A DNA stretch of 45,346 nt, taken from Candidatus Parcubacteria bacterium (GTDB taxonomy: Bacteria > Patescibacteriota > Minisyncoccia > Phycocordibacterales > Phycocordibacteraceae). The DNA lies in contig JAKFXG010000024.1 of the NCBI GenBank assembly GCA_021731495.1, positions 1 through 45,346 on the forward strand, written 5' to 3'. This document shows positions 1 through 10,426 of this stretch, one piece after another; position 1 is the first letter of the stretch, and each line of letters begins with the position of its first letter. The notes below the pieces were generated by a model, which was not told where the DNA came from, ran no database searches, and saw only the letters and a list, made by a program, of their open reading frames with translations. A program made the position numbers and the translations under genes.

Positions 1-74
1 AAGCAATCCTACGCTCAGTTCGTCCGTTAAATCTCGAGGCTTGAGAAGCGTAATAAACAGGCAACGTTTATTGT

Positions 75-1358
75 ATGCACATCCTCACACAATTCGGGCA
101 TCGCACGTTCGCCTCGCTCAAGGTGCGCAATTACCGTCTCTATTTCTTTGGGCACATTATCTCGCAGGGCGGCTCGTGGATGCAGACCGTTGCGCTCGGG
201 TGGCTCGTGCTCTCGCTCACCGGGTCCGGTGTGCAGCTCGGTACGGTGACGGCGATACAGTTCGTCCCGATGCTTTTTCTGGGGGCCTGGGGCGGTGTGA
301 TCGTCGACAGGTTCAGTAAACTGCGGCTGTTGTACTGGACCAACACTTCGTTTCTCGTGCTGGTGAGCATCATCAGCGTGCTTGTATTCGCTCACGCTAT
401 TCAACTCTGGATGCTCTATCTATTCGCCTTTGCACTCGGGCTTGTTCGCGTGCTCGATAATCCAGCGCGCCAGACGTTCGTATCAGAAATGGTGGGAGAG
501 GCGCACCTTAAAAATGCGATAAGCCTCAATTCGATAGGGAATAACATCATGCGCGCGGTCGGACCCTCAATCGCTGGAGTCCTTATCGTCAGTACCAGCA
601 TTGCTTTCTGCTTCTTCGTGAATGCGCTGTCATATGTTGCAGTACTTTTCATGCTGCGCAAGATACGCACCAACGAGCTCGAATCATCGGTGAGATTGGA
701 AAAGAAATCCGGGCAGATGATGGAAGGGTTCCGCTACGTACTTGAGACGCCGGTCATCCGCAACACGCTCATCATGATGGCGGCCATCGGCACGTTCGCA
801 TACGAATTCCAGGTGAGTCTGCCGCTGTTTGCGAGGAATACGTTCTCCGGCGACGCGACGAGTTACGCGGCGCTACTCGCTGCTATGGGTATCGGTTCGG
901 TCGTCGGCGGACTGTATGCGGCAGGACGGCACACGATAGTGCCGCGCCAGCTGTTCGTCTTTGCGCTTCTCTTCGGCACAAGCATCATCGCAACTTCGCT
1001 CGCGCCGTCGCTTCCGTACGCCATATTCGGCATGCTATTCATAGGGCTCTTTTCTATCAATCTCATATCAATCGGTAATACGATGGTGCAGCTCGAAAGT
1101 GCGGCGCACATGCGCGGGCGCGTCATGGCACTGTGGAGCGTCGCGATGATAGGATCGACGACGATCGGCGGACCTATCGTGGGTACCGTGGGGCAATTCA
1201 TGGGCGCGCGCTGGGGTCTTGCCCTCGGCGGGATCGCAACTCTTCTTGCGGCCGGCATTGCCGCACGCTCGGTCTTTACGTTCAAAGGATTCTTCGTGAT
1301 ACCGCGCCTGATACAAATGCGCAGCGAAGAAGCGTCGACCGAAAATATCAAACTCTAG
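75..1358 (+). CDS. MFS transporter (DHA3/MFS_3-like)
   Basis: 427 aa, about 12 hydrophobic segments, motif A-like GVIVDRFSK, N-terminal FASLKVRNYRLYF and PARQTFVSEMV. Confidence 0.9.
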   Translation: MHILTQFGHRTFASLKVRNYRLYFFGHIISQGGSWMQTVALGWLVLSLTGSGVQLGTVTAIQFVPMLFLGAWGGVIVDRFSKLRLLYWTNTSFLVLVSIISVLVFAHAIQLWMLYLFAFALGLVRVLDNPARQTFVSEMVGEAHLKNAISLNSIGNNIMRAVGPSIAGVLIVSTSIAFCFFVNALSYVAVLFMLRKIRTNELESSVRLEKKSGQMMEGFRYVLETPVIRNTLIMMAAIGTFAYEFQVSLPLFARNTFSGDATSYAALLAAMGIGSVVGGLYAAGRHTIVPRQLFVFALLFGTSIIATSLAPSLPYAIFGMLFIGLFSINLISIGNTMVQLESAAHMRGRVMALWSVAMIGSTTIGGPIVGTVGQFMGARWGLALGGIATLLAAGIAARSVFTFKGFFVIPRLIQMRSEEASTENIKL

Positions 1359-2086
1359 GTCGCGAGTCCGATCTGGGCGAGGAATGTTTTGAGCTCTTCT
1401 CCTTCAATTGCGCGCCATGCTCCCGGTTTCAAATTTTCGAGCCGTACGTTCAGTATGCGCGTGCGTTCAAGTCCGACGACCGTGTTGTGAAGCGCCGCAA
1501 CCATGCGGCGTATCTGGTGCTTTTTCCCCTCAGTAAGCGTGATATTGAAACTCTTGGGTCCCGTCTTACGTACGGTACATTTTTTCGTCAGGTATCCCTC
1601 GATGTCGACGCCCGCTTCCATCGTCTTCTTAAAACTCTCGCGAAGCGTTTCCGCAGTGCGTACTTGATACTCTTTGTCGTGGTCGTAACCAGGGTTCAGG
1701 AGTCGGTCGGTTACACGTCCGTCGTTCGTGAGGATGATGAGACCGCTCGAGTCCTTGTCGAGGCGGCCGACAGGAAACACGTCCGGTCCTAGGGCGGCGC
1801 TCTTTTTAATATCCATTTCGCCGAGCTGTGGTGAGTGCGTAATGACGCCTACCGGCTTGTTGTAGGCATAGTAGAGGAATTTATTGGGAGTTTTCTTGCC
1901 GCGAAGCTCGACCTTGTCGCCATAGTTCACCCTCTCGCCGATAAGGGCGACACGGCCGTTTATGAGCACTTTTCCGCGCGCGATAAGCTCATCCGCACCG
2001 CGGCGTGTCGCAATACCCTCATGGGCGAGGTATTTGTTGATGCGCATAGGATAGGCATCCGTGGCTTCCGGAGCGGTCTTTAGCAT
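1355..2086 (-). CDS. rRNA pseudouridine synthase, RsuA/RluB/RluF family
   Basis: S4 domain RINKYLA...RRGADELI, catalytic GRLDKDSSGL, EGKKHQIRRM; ATG at 2086 lies 6 nt after TATAGT. Confidence 0.92.
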   Translation of the reverse strand: MLKTAPEATDAYPMRINKYLAHEGIATRRGADELIARGKVLINGRVALIGERVNYGDKVELRGKKTPNKFLYYAYNKPVGVITHSPQLGEMDIKKSAALGPDVFPVGRLDKDSSGLIILTNDGRVTDRLLNPGYDHDKEYQVRTAETLRESFKKTMEAGVDIEGYLTKKCTVRKTGPKSFNITLTEGKKHQIRRMVAALHNTVVGLERTRILNVRLENLKPGAWRAIEGEELKTFLAQIGLAT

Positions 2087-2271
2087 GAGGACACTATACG
2101 ATTTTTTCGTTGGTAATCCAACGAGCAAAAATCGTGCCGAAAATCAGCAGATTTTCGGCCAGTGTTTTTTCGTTGGTATTTCATCGATAAAATTCCGCTC
2201 TTGACAGTGGTTGTGCGAGCGAGTTCAATGTGTTCGGAAGCTCAAGGTATCCATTGCGTTCAACCATATAG

Positions 2272-3204
2272 GTGGGAGAGTCGGTTATGACCAAAACGAA
2301 TCTGGCAGAAGCTACCGAGGCGTTGCGCCGCCGCCGTGTGGAAATCGAAGCGGAATATCAGGAGAAAGGAAATCGTCTTACTGAAGACGTGAATACGCTT
2401 CGCGACCGCGTCAAAAGTGACGAGGCAACGACCGGGGACAGGATCACGGACTACCTTCTTGTCATGGGAAACACTCTCGACCCGGATGTTTCGAAGCCCC
2501 TCCGAAATATTGAGAAGCAGATGTCTGGGAAGAAAGGAGAACTTTTCCTCGTTGTCCATCACGAAAAAACACAGACTGTGTTCCGTGGTCCGAACGAAGG
2601 GGTGAGGAGCTCTGACTTTCATCCCATCGTGGAGCATACCATCGGCCTCCTCACGGGCGAAGAGATCATTCTTGATTTCAAGAAGTCTGACACCGGTTTG
2701 CCAACTGACTCGTATGTGGAATTGTCGGGTAGCAAGCAGGTGGACAAGAAACCTGGTCCGTTTCCGTTCGTCGTGCATGGGATTTCCGATTTCCCTCGTG
2801 ACGCTTGGGGTCTCGGTGTGAGAGACAGTCGCCAGGAGCTCTTCGTCGGTGACGAGGCAGTGCTTGGATACTCCCCGCTCCCCAATACGTTTCCTGGAGA
2901 TACTCGTATTCAGGAGTGGGTCGTCATACGCAATCGGGCGATACGGAGCCTCGGGAAAGACATTCCCGAAGCGCCAGAAGAAAAGGCTTTTCGGGAAGAG
3001 TGTCAAAAGAAAGTTCTTGATGATCTCGACCGTGTTCGAGGAGAATATAAAACGGTGGTCAGCCACAGACCTCATTCGCGAGAAGCCGAGAGGCTTGAAG
3101 CGGAACTTCGTGCGCTACTCACCCGGGCTCTCGAACTCGGACTTGATAAAAAACCGCTTGTGCTGCTCGTTATGGAGGAGATGGAAGTCCCTTCAGCATC
3201 ATGA
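2272..3204 (+). CDS. hypothetical protein with N- and C-terminal coiled-coil-like regions
   Basis: 310-aa ORF, TTGACA at 2201 upstream, terminator downstream; no family recognised, start may be 2287. Confidence 0.7.
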   Translation: MGESVMTKTNLAEATEALRRRRVEIEAEYQEKGNRLTEDVNTLRDRVKSDEATTGDRITDYLLVMGNTLDPDVSKPLRNIEKQMSGKKGELFLVVHHEKTQTVFRGPNEGVRSSDFHPIVEHTIGLLTGEEIILDFKKSDTGLPTDSYVELSGSKQVDKKPGPFPFVVHGISDFPRDAWGLGVRDSRQELFVGDEAVLGYSPLPNTFPGDTRIQEWVVIRNRAIRSLGKDIPEAPEEKAFREECQKKVLDDLDRVRGEYKTVVSHRPHSREAERLEAELRALLTRALELGLDKKPLVLLVMEEMEVPSAS

Positions 3205-3218
3205 GAATCGACTGATAG

Positions 3219-3250
3219 AGGGCATCGCGATGCGGTGCCCTTATTTTTTT
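3219..3250 (+). terminator. intrinsic terminator
   Basis: AGGGCATCGC-GAT-GCGGTGCCCT followed by TATTTTTTT. Confidence 0.8.
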
Positions 3251-3275
3251 GTAAGAAGTAGGGTAGGGTAACTCC

Positions 3276-4736
3276 ATGAGCCGAGAAGAAAGCGTTATAC
3301 GCTTCGAGAAAGTGTCATTCCAATATGGGCACAATAAACCGATCATTGATGAGGTGGATTTTCCTATTCGCCGCGGCATGAAGATGGCGGTCATGGGTCA
3401 GAACGGGGCGGGGAAGTCGACTCTCTTTGCGCTCATGACTGGCGAGCTCAAACCAGAATCGGGCGAGATACACGTTTCGCGCGGTATGAAGGTCGCCACA
3501 GCGCCGCAAGTCATTCCGCGCGACCAGCTCACGCTTACGGTCCGCGAATTCTTCCAGAGGTGCTTCAGTGAACCCGTGTATGATATCGATCCGCGTATTG
3601 ATGATGTACTTGAGGTAGTAAACCTAAAGCACCATGAGAAATTACACGACCGGGTCATAAAAAGTTTCTCCGGCGGTCAGCAGGCGCGTCTCCTTCTCGC
3701 TTCAGCGCTCATTCAGAATCCCGATCTGCTCCTCCTTGATGAGCCGACGAACAATCTCGATACCGCAGGCATCGAGCATCTTACAAAGTTCCTCGTCGAG
3801 TATCCGAAAACTTGTATCGTGATTTCGCACGACGCGGAATTCTTAAATGCATTTACGACGGGCGTCTTGTACTTGGATGTCTTTACACGCAAAGTTGAGC
3901 AATACAACGGAAATTACAACGACGTGCAGCGCGATATTCTTGCGCGTATTGACCGCGAGAATCGCAAAAATGCCCAACTCGAAAAAAAGATCCAGGAGAA
4001 TAAAGACAAAGCGAACTTCTTTGCACAGAAGGGAGGAAAGATGCGTCTCGTAGCGAAGAAAATGCGTACCGAAGTGGAGGAAATGGAAGAAGCGAAGGTG
4101 GATGTGCGTAAGGAAGACCGAACCATCCGGCCCTTTACGATCCCCGTACAAGAACATTTAAGCGGTACGGTGCTCGCTTTGACCTCGTATACGGTGCTTA
4201 AAGGCAAGAAGCCTGCGAAAAAGACCGCAAATATTTCACTCCGCAAGAACCAGCACCTTTTACTGAAAGGGCCGAATGGCATCGGCAAAAGCACCCTGCT
4301 CGAGGCGATTGCCAAGGGCGTGGCAGAAGGGGCGAACATCACTGCCGGAGTAAAAGTCGGCTACTATCGTCAGGATTTCTCCACGCTCGACTTTGACCAG
4401 ACCGTGTACCAGGCTCTGGAGCGTGCGATGGGGAAGCCGGACGAGGAGCGGCTCCGCGCGACTGCGGCCGGGTTTCTGCTCACTTCCGATGTCATGCAGA
4501 CGAAGATCGGCAATCTCTCAGAAGGGCAGAAGGGGCTTGTGGCTTTTGCGTCGCTCGTGCTTGAGCGGCCGGGACTCCTCATTCTCGACGAGCCGACAAA
4601 CCACATCAATTTCCGCCACCTGCCCGTCATTGCGAAAGCGCTCGATTCGTATCAGGGTGCGATGATACTGGTAAGCCACGTCCCCGAGTTCGTCGCGCAA
4701 ATCCGCATCGACGAAATCCTTGACTTGGAAAAATGA
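3276..4736 (+). CDS. ABC-F family ATPase
   Basis: two NBDs (GQNGAGKS, FSGGQ, LLLLDEPTNNLD; GPNGIGKS, LSEGQ, LILDEPTNH), helical linker, no TM segments. Confidence 0.93.
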   Translation: MSREESVIRFEKVSFQYGHNKPIIDEVDFPIRRGMKMAVMGQNGAGKSTLFALMTGELKPESGEIHVSRGMKVATAPQVIPRDQLTLTVREFFQRCFSEPVYDIDPRIDDVLEVVNLKHHEKLHDRVIKSFSGGQQARLLLASALIQNPDLLLLDEPTNNLDTAGIEHLTKFLVEYPKTCIVISHDAEFLNAFTTGVLYLDVFTRKVEQYNGNYNDVQRDILARIDRENRKNAQLEKKIQENKDKANFFAQKGGKMRLVAKKMRTEVEEMEEAKVDVRKEDRTIRPFTIPVQEHLSGTVLALTSYTVLKGKKPAKKTANISLRKNQHLLLKGPNGIGKSTLLEAIAKGVAEGANITAGVKVGYYRQDFSTLDFDQTVYQALERAMGKPDEERLRATAAGFLLTSDVMQTKIGNLSEGQKGLVAFASLVLERPGLLILDEPTNHINFRHLPVIAKALDSYQGAMILVSHVPEFVAQIRIDEILDLEK

Positions 4737-5587
4737 ACACACTACGAACGATTGCTACTACTTTCAAAGCGAAAGACGTCCTTGAGGGCGCGGGGGTGCG
4801 GTTGCGCCGCGGATTTTCGAATGTAGAAGCGAAACAATTCGATCCGTTCCTTCTTTTTGATGACTTCAGCTCAACTATTCCGGAGCACTATCTCGCTGGG
4901 TTTCCATGGCACCCGCACCGCGGCATGGAGACGGTCACGTACATTCTCGACGGAGCCGTGCGCCATAAAGACAGTCTCGGAAATGAAGGGGTGATCGAGA
5001 GTGGCGCGATTCAGTGGATGACGGCCGGCCGCGGCATCATTCATGAAGAGATGCCCGAAAGTGCTCACGGCATTCGCGGTTTTCAGCTCTGGGTGAATTT
5101 ACCGAAGAAAGAAAAGATGTCACCGCCTCGCTATCAGGATCTCGCAGGAGCAACCGTTCCGGAAATTGCGCTCGGCCCCGATGCGCGAACGCGCGTCATC
5201 GCCGGTGAAATTGGGGGTGTCATGGGTCCTCTCAAGTCGGTTGCGGGCAATCCGCTCTATATAGATGTCACACTTGAATCAAACGGCACAGTCTCAATCC
5301 CAGTGCCGCCAGGACACACTGCATTTGCATATATCGTTGAAGGCGCTCTTGGTACGGACTCTAGTGAGCCGACTCTGTATGCGCCGGGAACCATTTTACT
5401 TTTTACACGCGAAGGCGACACACTTGTGCTTCGCACCGGCTCTTCTGGTGCCCGGTTCCTCATTATCGCCGGCGCGCCGCTCAATGAGCCGATCGCCTGG
5501 CACGGGCCGATCGTGATGAACACCGACGAGGAACTACGCGAAGCATTTCGCGAGTTGCAGGAAGGCACGTTTATTCGCGTCGGTTAG
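4733..5587 (+). CDS. pirin family protein
   Basis: DPFLLFD, GFPWHPHRGMETVTY, WMTAGRGIIHEE, FQLWVNLP, GPIVMNT; ATGA overlap with ABC-F. Confidence 0.95.
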   Translation: MNTLRTIATTFKAKDVLEGAGVRLRRGFSNVEAKQFDPFLLFDDFSSTIPEHYLAGFPWHPHRGMETVTYILDGAVRHKDSLGNEGVIESGAIQWMTAGRGIIHEEMPESAHGIRGFQLWVNLPKKEKMSPPRYQDLAGATVPEIALGPDARTRVIAGEIGGVMGPLKSVAGNPLYIDVTLESNGTVSIPVPPGHTAFAYIVEGALGTDSSEPTLYAPGTILLFTREGDTLVLRTGSSGARFLIIAGAPLNEPIAWHGPIVMNTDEELREAFRELQEGTFIRVG

Positions 5588-5604
5588 TGGTGCGCGGCAA
5601 TTAT

Positions 5605-6174
5605 TTATACAGCAAGCGATCGAGCGACAAAACCGATTACTACGATACCGAGGAAATTAAAGGCGAACGAGAGCACGGCGAAATACTTTATACGCATTTT
5701 CGAAAAGCCAAGAACGGCGATCCCGAGTTCGTCCGGGAGCGGAGAGGCAAGTATGATCCCGCCTGTGAGAAAAGTTATCCAGCGGAAGAAGCGGCGTTTG
5801 AGCAGCAGGTGGAAGCGCCGCCAGACGCTCTGATGCATTAAGATTTCCGCTACGTGCTCCGAGAAACGGTCGCGGACGAATCGGAAAATGACGAGATCCA
5901 CCAGCATGCTCCCCATTGCTCCGAAGAACGCCGTATAGAAAATGCCTTGCAGGAGCGATACCTCTCCGAGCGCCGCGATAGCAGGTGCCGTCGTAAAAAT
6001 CGATGTAAAGAACATACCTGCGATAAGCGCGCCCCACATCCCCAGCTCTCCTGAAAGAAGGTTCGCAAGCACGTCCGTGCGCACCAAAAGCACTGCGACC
6101 AGTATGCTGAGTACGATCAGCGCGACATCCTGCAAAATACGGCTCTCGTTTTCGTTCTGCTTTTTCATTGCCAT
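5605..6174 (-). CDS. membrane protein (DedA/VTT-like)
   Basis: 189 aa, several TM segments, SPLPDELG motif; TACACT 7 nt upstream. Confidence 0.7.
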   Translation of the reverse strand: MAMKKQNENESRILQDVALIVLSILVAVLLVRTDVLANLLSGELGMWGALIAGMFFTSIFTTAPAIAALGEVSLLQGIFYTAFFGAMGSMLVDLVIFRFVRDRFSEHVAEILMHQSVWRRFHLLLKRRFFRWITFLTGGIILASPLPDELGIAVLGFSKMRIKYFAVLSFAFNFLGIVVIGFVARSLAV

Positions 6175-6248
6175 TCCATACAGTGTACTGCATGTTAGTG
6201 GACGTGGCTTTCTTGCCGATTCCAGTAAAAATTGCGTATACTGGGAAT

Positions 6249-7028
6249 ATGGAACAGAAACCGATCTCGGAACTCATGGACCTTTCGGGGGAAGTCGCCA
6301 TCGTTACGGGTGGTGCCATGGGTATCGGCTATGCGATAGCGAGTAGGCTCGCGGAAGCTGGCGCAAAGGTTCTTGTTGCGGATAAAGACGCGGCTGCCGC
6401 GGAAGCGGCAGCCGCGAAGATTGGCGGGACCGCAGTTTCTGTCGATGTTTCCGACGAGGCGCAGGTTGAAGCGATGGTCGCAAAGGCCGTCTCAGAGTTT
6501 GGCGGCGTGGATATACTCGTTAATAACGCCGGCGTGTATCCGACCATACCAGTCCTTGCGGCGTCGAAGGAAGATTTCGAGAAGATCATCCACGTGAACC
6601 TCATGGGCGCCTTCTTCGCGGCGAAGGCGACGGCAAAGCAGATGATTGCGCAAGGGAAGGGAGGTTCTATCATTAACATCACCTCCATTGATGCTCTGCA
6701 TCCTTCCGCCACAGGGCTTGCATTCTACGATGCTTCAAAGCATGGTCTCTGGGGTTTCACCAAGAACCTCGCGCTTGAGCTCGCGCCGCACAAGATTTGG
6801 GTGAACGCCATCGCGCCGGGTGGCGTGCTCACTCCCGGCACCGGCCTCGGGAAATCTGCGGACCCGGCACTGGCAGAAATCACGGAAACCTTCCTCAAGA
6901 GGATCCCAATGCATCGTATGGCGCACGCCGATGAGATAGGAAAGGTCGCTCTTTTTCTCGCTTCAGGACTCTCCTCCTACATGACCGGCTCGCAAATAGT
7001 GGTTGATGGCGGCGTCTTGCTTGCATAA
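6249..7028 (+). CDS. classical SDR oxidoreductase
   Basis: TGGAMGIG, NNAG, YDASK, VNAIAPG, VDGG; TATACT 6 nt upstream of ATG 6249. Confidence 0.95.
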   Translation: MEQKPISELMDLSGEVAIVTGGAMGIGYAIASRLAEAGAKVLVADKDAAAAEAAAAKIGGTAVSVDVSDEAQVEAMVAKAVSEFGGVDILVNNAGVYPTIPVLAASKEDFEKIIHVNLMGAFFAAKATAKQMIAQGKGGSIINITSIDALHPSATGLAFYDASKHGLWGFTKNLALELAPHKIWVNAIAPGGVLTPGTGLGKSADPALAEITETFLKRIPMHRMAHADEIGKVALFLASGLSSYMTGSQIVVDGGVLLA

Positions 7029-7079
7029 AATTCTCTCTGTTGTATATTGAACGCACCGGCCTCGCGGCCATTTTTATTT

Positions 7080-8864
7080 ATGGAAATCAGGAACATTGCC
7101 ATCATTGCGCACGTCGACCATGGGAAGACGGCTTTGACTGACGCTATCCTCAAGCAAACGGGCGCATCTCCCGAGGGCACCTCAATGGACAGTAACGCGA
7201 TCGAACTTGAACGCGGCATTACCATTTACGCTAAAAATGCGGCGGTCGAATACAAAGGTACGAAGATAAACATCGTCGACACGCCGGGACACGCAGACTT
7301 CGGAAGCGAGGTTGAGCGCGTGCTGCGCTCAATCGACTCGGTGCTGCTTGTCGTTGATGCACAAGAAGGGCCGATGCCGCAGACTCGTTTCGTGTTGAAG
7401 AAGTCGCTTGAGCTAGGTCTCAAGCCGATCGTCGTTTTGAATAAAATAGACAAACCGGCAGCAAATCCCGCACGCTCTGAAGAGCAGGTATTGGAACTTT
7501 TCCTTGAGCTCGGCGCTTCGGATGAGCAGTCTGATTTCCCCGTTATCTACTCGATCGGACGCGAAGGTATTGCGATCAAGAACCTTGACGACGAGCGCAA
7601 GGATCTCACTCCGCTTCTCGACCTGATCCTCGAGAAGGTCCCGGCGGCGAATGCGAATGCAGACGCAAACGCTCCTCTCATGCTTCAGCCATTCAATCTT
7701 GCCTATGACAACTTCATGGGGCGGCTCGCCGTCGGTCGTATTTATGCGGGCACGGTGCGTCCAAATCAGCAGGTATTTATAAAAAAGCCGGACGGCGAAA
7801 CGCGCGCAGGCCGCACGACGAAGATCTTCACGTTCAAAGGACTCGAGCGTGTCGAGGCGACTGAAGCAGTCGCAGGAGACATTGCGCTTATCGCTGGTCT
7901 TCCAGACATTTACATCGGCGAGACGGTGACGACGGACGAGTCTGCCGCACCGCTCCCGGCGATCGCTGTGGATGAGCCGACCATCGCGCTTAACTTCCTT
8001 GTCAACAATTCGCCCTTTGCCGGCAAAGAGGGGAAGTACGTCACCAGCCGCCAAATCCGCGACCGGCTCATGAAAGAGCTCGAGGTCAACGTCGGTTTGA
8101 AAGTTGATTTTGGAAGCGCAGAATTGTTCCGTGTGTCCGGACGTGGTGAGCTCCACATTGCGGTCCTGATCGAGAATATGCGCCGCGAAGGATACGAACT
8201 GCAGGTCTCTCAGCCGCAGGTCATCATTCGCGAGGAAAACGGCGTAAAGCTCGAACCATTTGAAGAAGTCATCATTGATACGCCCTCTGAATTCCAGGGC
8301 GCTATCATCGAGAAGCTCGGCGCTCGCGCGTTCGTACTTCAGAACCTTACTCAGCACGGCAATACCGTCCGCCTCACTATGGTCGGTCCGACACGCGGGC
8401 TCCTGGGCTATAAAAATATGTTCATCATCGATACGAAAGGAGAGGGCATTCTTTCTTCACGCGTGCTCGGCTTCCAGCCGTATGCGGGCGAGATAAAGAA
8501 GCGACAGGTCGGTTCGATGATCTCCATGGCAACCGGGAAGGCGCTCGGCTATGCACTCTGGTACCTGCAGGACCGTGGCCAGCTCTATATCAAGCCGGCG
8601 ACCGAAGTGTACGAGGGTATGGTCATCGGCAACACAGCAAAGGGCGAAGAGATGCTCGCGAATCCGACGAAAGGGAAGAATCAGTCAAATGTTCGCTCCT
8701 CGGGTATGGATGAAGCGCTCACGCTTGTGCCGATATTTGATCTCACCATCGAGCGTGGCATGGAGATCATGTCGGATGATGAGTATCTCGAAATCACTCC
8801 AAAAAGCGTTCGTTTGCGGAAACAATTTCTTAGCGAGAATGACCGTTCCAAAGCACGACGCTAA
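7080..8864 (+). CDS. typA: translational GTPase TypA/BipA
   Basis: [50 protein letters not shown]. Confidence 0.97.
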   Translation: MEIRNIAIIAHVDHGKTALTDAILKQTGASPEGTSMDSNAIELERGITIYAKNAAVEYKGTKINIVDTPGHADFGSEVERVLRSIDSVLLVVDAQEGPMPQTRFVLKKSLELGLKPIVVLNKIDKPAANPARSEEQVLELFLELGASDEQSDFPVIYSIGREGIAIKNLDDERKDLTPLLDLILEKVPAANANADANAPLMLQPFNLAYDNFMGRLAVGRIYAGTVRPNQQVFIKKPDGETRAGRTTKIFTFKGLERVEATEAVAGDIALIAGLPDIYIGETVTTDESAAPLPAIAVDEPTIALNFLVNNSPFAGKEGKYVTSRQIRDRLMKELEVNVGLKVDFGSAELFRVSGRGELHIAVLIENMRREGYELQVSQPQVIIREENGVKLEPFEEVIIDTPSEFQGAIIEKLGARAFVLQNLTQHGNTVRLTMVGPTRGLLGYKNMFIIDTKGEGILSSRVLGFQPYAGEIKKRQVGSMISMATGKALGYALWYLQDRGQLYIKPATEVYEGMVIGNTAKGEEMLANPTKGKNQSNVRSSGMDEALTLVPIFDLTIERGMEIMSDDEYLEITPKSVRLRKQFLSENDRSKARR

Positions 8865-8875
8865 TGTGAACTGGT

Positions 8876-8914
8876 AAAAAAGCCGCGTCCCTCCAGGCGC
8901 GGTTTTTGCTTTTT
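8876..8914 (+). terminator. intrinsic terminator after typA
   Basis: AAAAAGCCGCGTC-loop-GGCGCGGTTTTT plus T-rich tail. Confidence 0.75.
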
Positions 8915-8922
8915 AATTCTCA

Positions 8923-9002
8923 ATCTCACAGGGTATACCCCGTGAGATACAGCGCAGTCGTGACGGCATACATTTTAAAACCACCATCTCACAGGGTATA
9001 CT
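8923..9002. repeat. MITE-like inverted-repeat element (TACCCCGTGAGAT / ATCTCACAGGGTA)
   Basis: ATCTCACAGGGTATAC at 8923 and 8986; inverted copy TACCCCGTGAGATAC at 8936, identical to 31601-31615. Confidence 0.65.
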
Positions 9003-9008
9003 CTTTTT

Positions 9009-10382
9009 ATGAAGAAAAATCGCTCGCCCTGGCTCCATCAACTGCCCCAAGATCGTGAGCGACATGCGTTGGCAACTGATCTCTCGATTGATGTCGCCAT
9101 TGTGGGCGGCGGCATTGCCGGTATTGCAAGCGCGTTTTACGCACTCAAATACACAAACTCGAATGTCGCCATCTTTGAGCGCTTCAAGCTTGCGCACGGC
9201 GCAACCGGGCATAATGCAGGGCAGATTACGAGCTATTTCGAGTGCGGCTTTGCGCGCCTGGTGGACGAGTTCGGTCTTTCAAAGGCCGCGCGCGGACAAA
9301 AGGCCGTTGAGGATGCGTGGCACCTTCTCGATGAGATGTATACGGATGCCGGCCTTGATATACCGCTCTCGCGGTTCGTTGGGCATGCGGGAATCTCAAG
9401 TCAGGAGCAGGTTTTTTTCCATCTCATGAACAATCAATTTCGCCGTGAAGCGGGACTGGCTCAAGAGTCAATCCGGATCGCTTCCACCGTGGACTTTGTT
9501 TCAAACATACCGGACCTCTACAAGGGTCTGTATTCACTCGTTTTGCCCGAAGACATACGCAACATTCTTGAAACCGCAACTGATGATTTTGTTGCCGTCG
9601 TTTCGTATCAAAAGGGATGTGTTAATAGTGCGCTCTTTACCGAGGAGGTGGCAAAATATCTCAGCCGAGTCTACCCGAAGCGTTTTGCGCTGTATGAGCA
9701 CACGCCCATTCATAAACTCGTGCTCAAGCATGATCATGCGCTCCTTGACGGCGGTGAGCACGAAGTACGCGCAGGGCGCGTTGTCCTCTGCACGAACGGC
9801 TTTGAGCACATCCATATCTTGAATGAGACTGGCCTTGATATCGATGCAAAATACCACCATCTTTTGTCGGGCAAGATCGGGTATATGTCGGGCTACCTCG
9901 AGAAGCTTGATAAGGAACCCATCGCAATCAGTTATTTCACCAATCCAAGTATCGTTGCAGATAATCCTTACTTTTACCTCACCCGGCGCGGATATGAATA
10001 CGAAAAGGGAGTAGAGCACAATTTAGTTTCAGTAGGCGGTCCGGACGTGTCAGTTGAGGAGACGGCGAATTATTCGCTCGAGGAAGATTTCCCTGATGAG
10101 ATGGAAGAAGTGATAGATACGTTCGTTCGCCGCATTTACAACGTTGAGCCGAACAAAACAATCGACTACCTCTTCACGTGGCACGGGCTCATGGGGTATA
10201 CCAAAAATGGCGTCCGCCTCATAGGTCCCGAACCCAAGAATCCGGTGCTACTCTACAATCTTGGTTGCAATGGGGTCGGCATCCTACCATCACTCCATGG
10301 CGGTCGAGAGATCGCGCGGCATTTGGGTGGGGAACAGGTCCAGGAATCGATCTTTGACGTCCCTGAGCGTGATCCAGGATAA
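9009..10382 (+). CDS. FAD-dependent oxidoreductase (DAO/PuuB-like)
   Basis: VAIVGGGIAG, GATGHNAG, LCTNG, WHGLMGYT, GCNGVG. Confidence 0.88.
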   Translation: MKKNRSPWLHQLPQDRERHALATDLSIDVAIVGGGIAGIASAFYALKYTNSNVAIFERFKLAHGATGHNAGQITSYFECGFARLVDEFGLSKAARGQKAVEDAWHLLDEMYTDAGLDIPLSRFVGHAGISSQEQVFFHLMNNQFRREAGLAQESIRIASTVDFVSNIPDLYKGLYSLVLPEDIRNILETATDDFVAVVSYQKGCVNSALFTEEVAKYLSRVYPKRFALYEHTPIHKLVLKHDHALLDGGEHEVRAGRVVLCTNGFEHIHILNETGLDIDAKYHHLLSGKIGYMSGYLEKLDKEPIAISYFTNPSIVADNPYFYLTRRGYEYEKGVEHNLVSVGGPDVSVEETANYSLEEDFPDEMEEVIDTFVRRIYNVEPNKTIDYLFTWHGLMGYTKNGVRLIGPEPKNPVLLYNLGCNGVGILPSLHGGREIARHLGGEQVQESIFDVPERDPG

Positions 10383-10389
10383 AGAAAAA

Positions 10390-10412
10390 GGCCGCGTCCT
10401 TTCGGCGCGGCT
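10390..10412. terminator. hairpin between convergent genes
   Basis: GGCCGCGTC-CTTTC-GGCGCGGCT with an A-run on the left (U-tail on the minus strand). Confidence 0.65.
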
Positions 10413-10426
10413 CCTCAGTGTTCGAT

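Noticed and set aside
1-58. 3' end of an upstream gene
   Set aside because: Too short to assign frame or product
7413-8357. Long antisense or alternate-frame ORFs (also 2260-3075, 5657-6319, 28495-29163, 38388-39056)
   Set aside because: Shadow ORFs of GC-rich genes with no recognisable motifs
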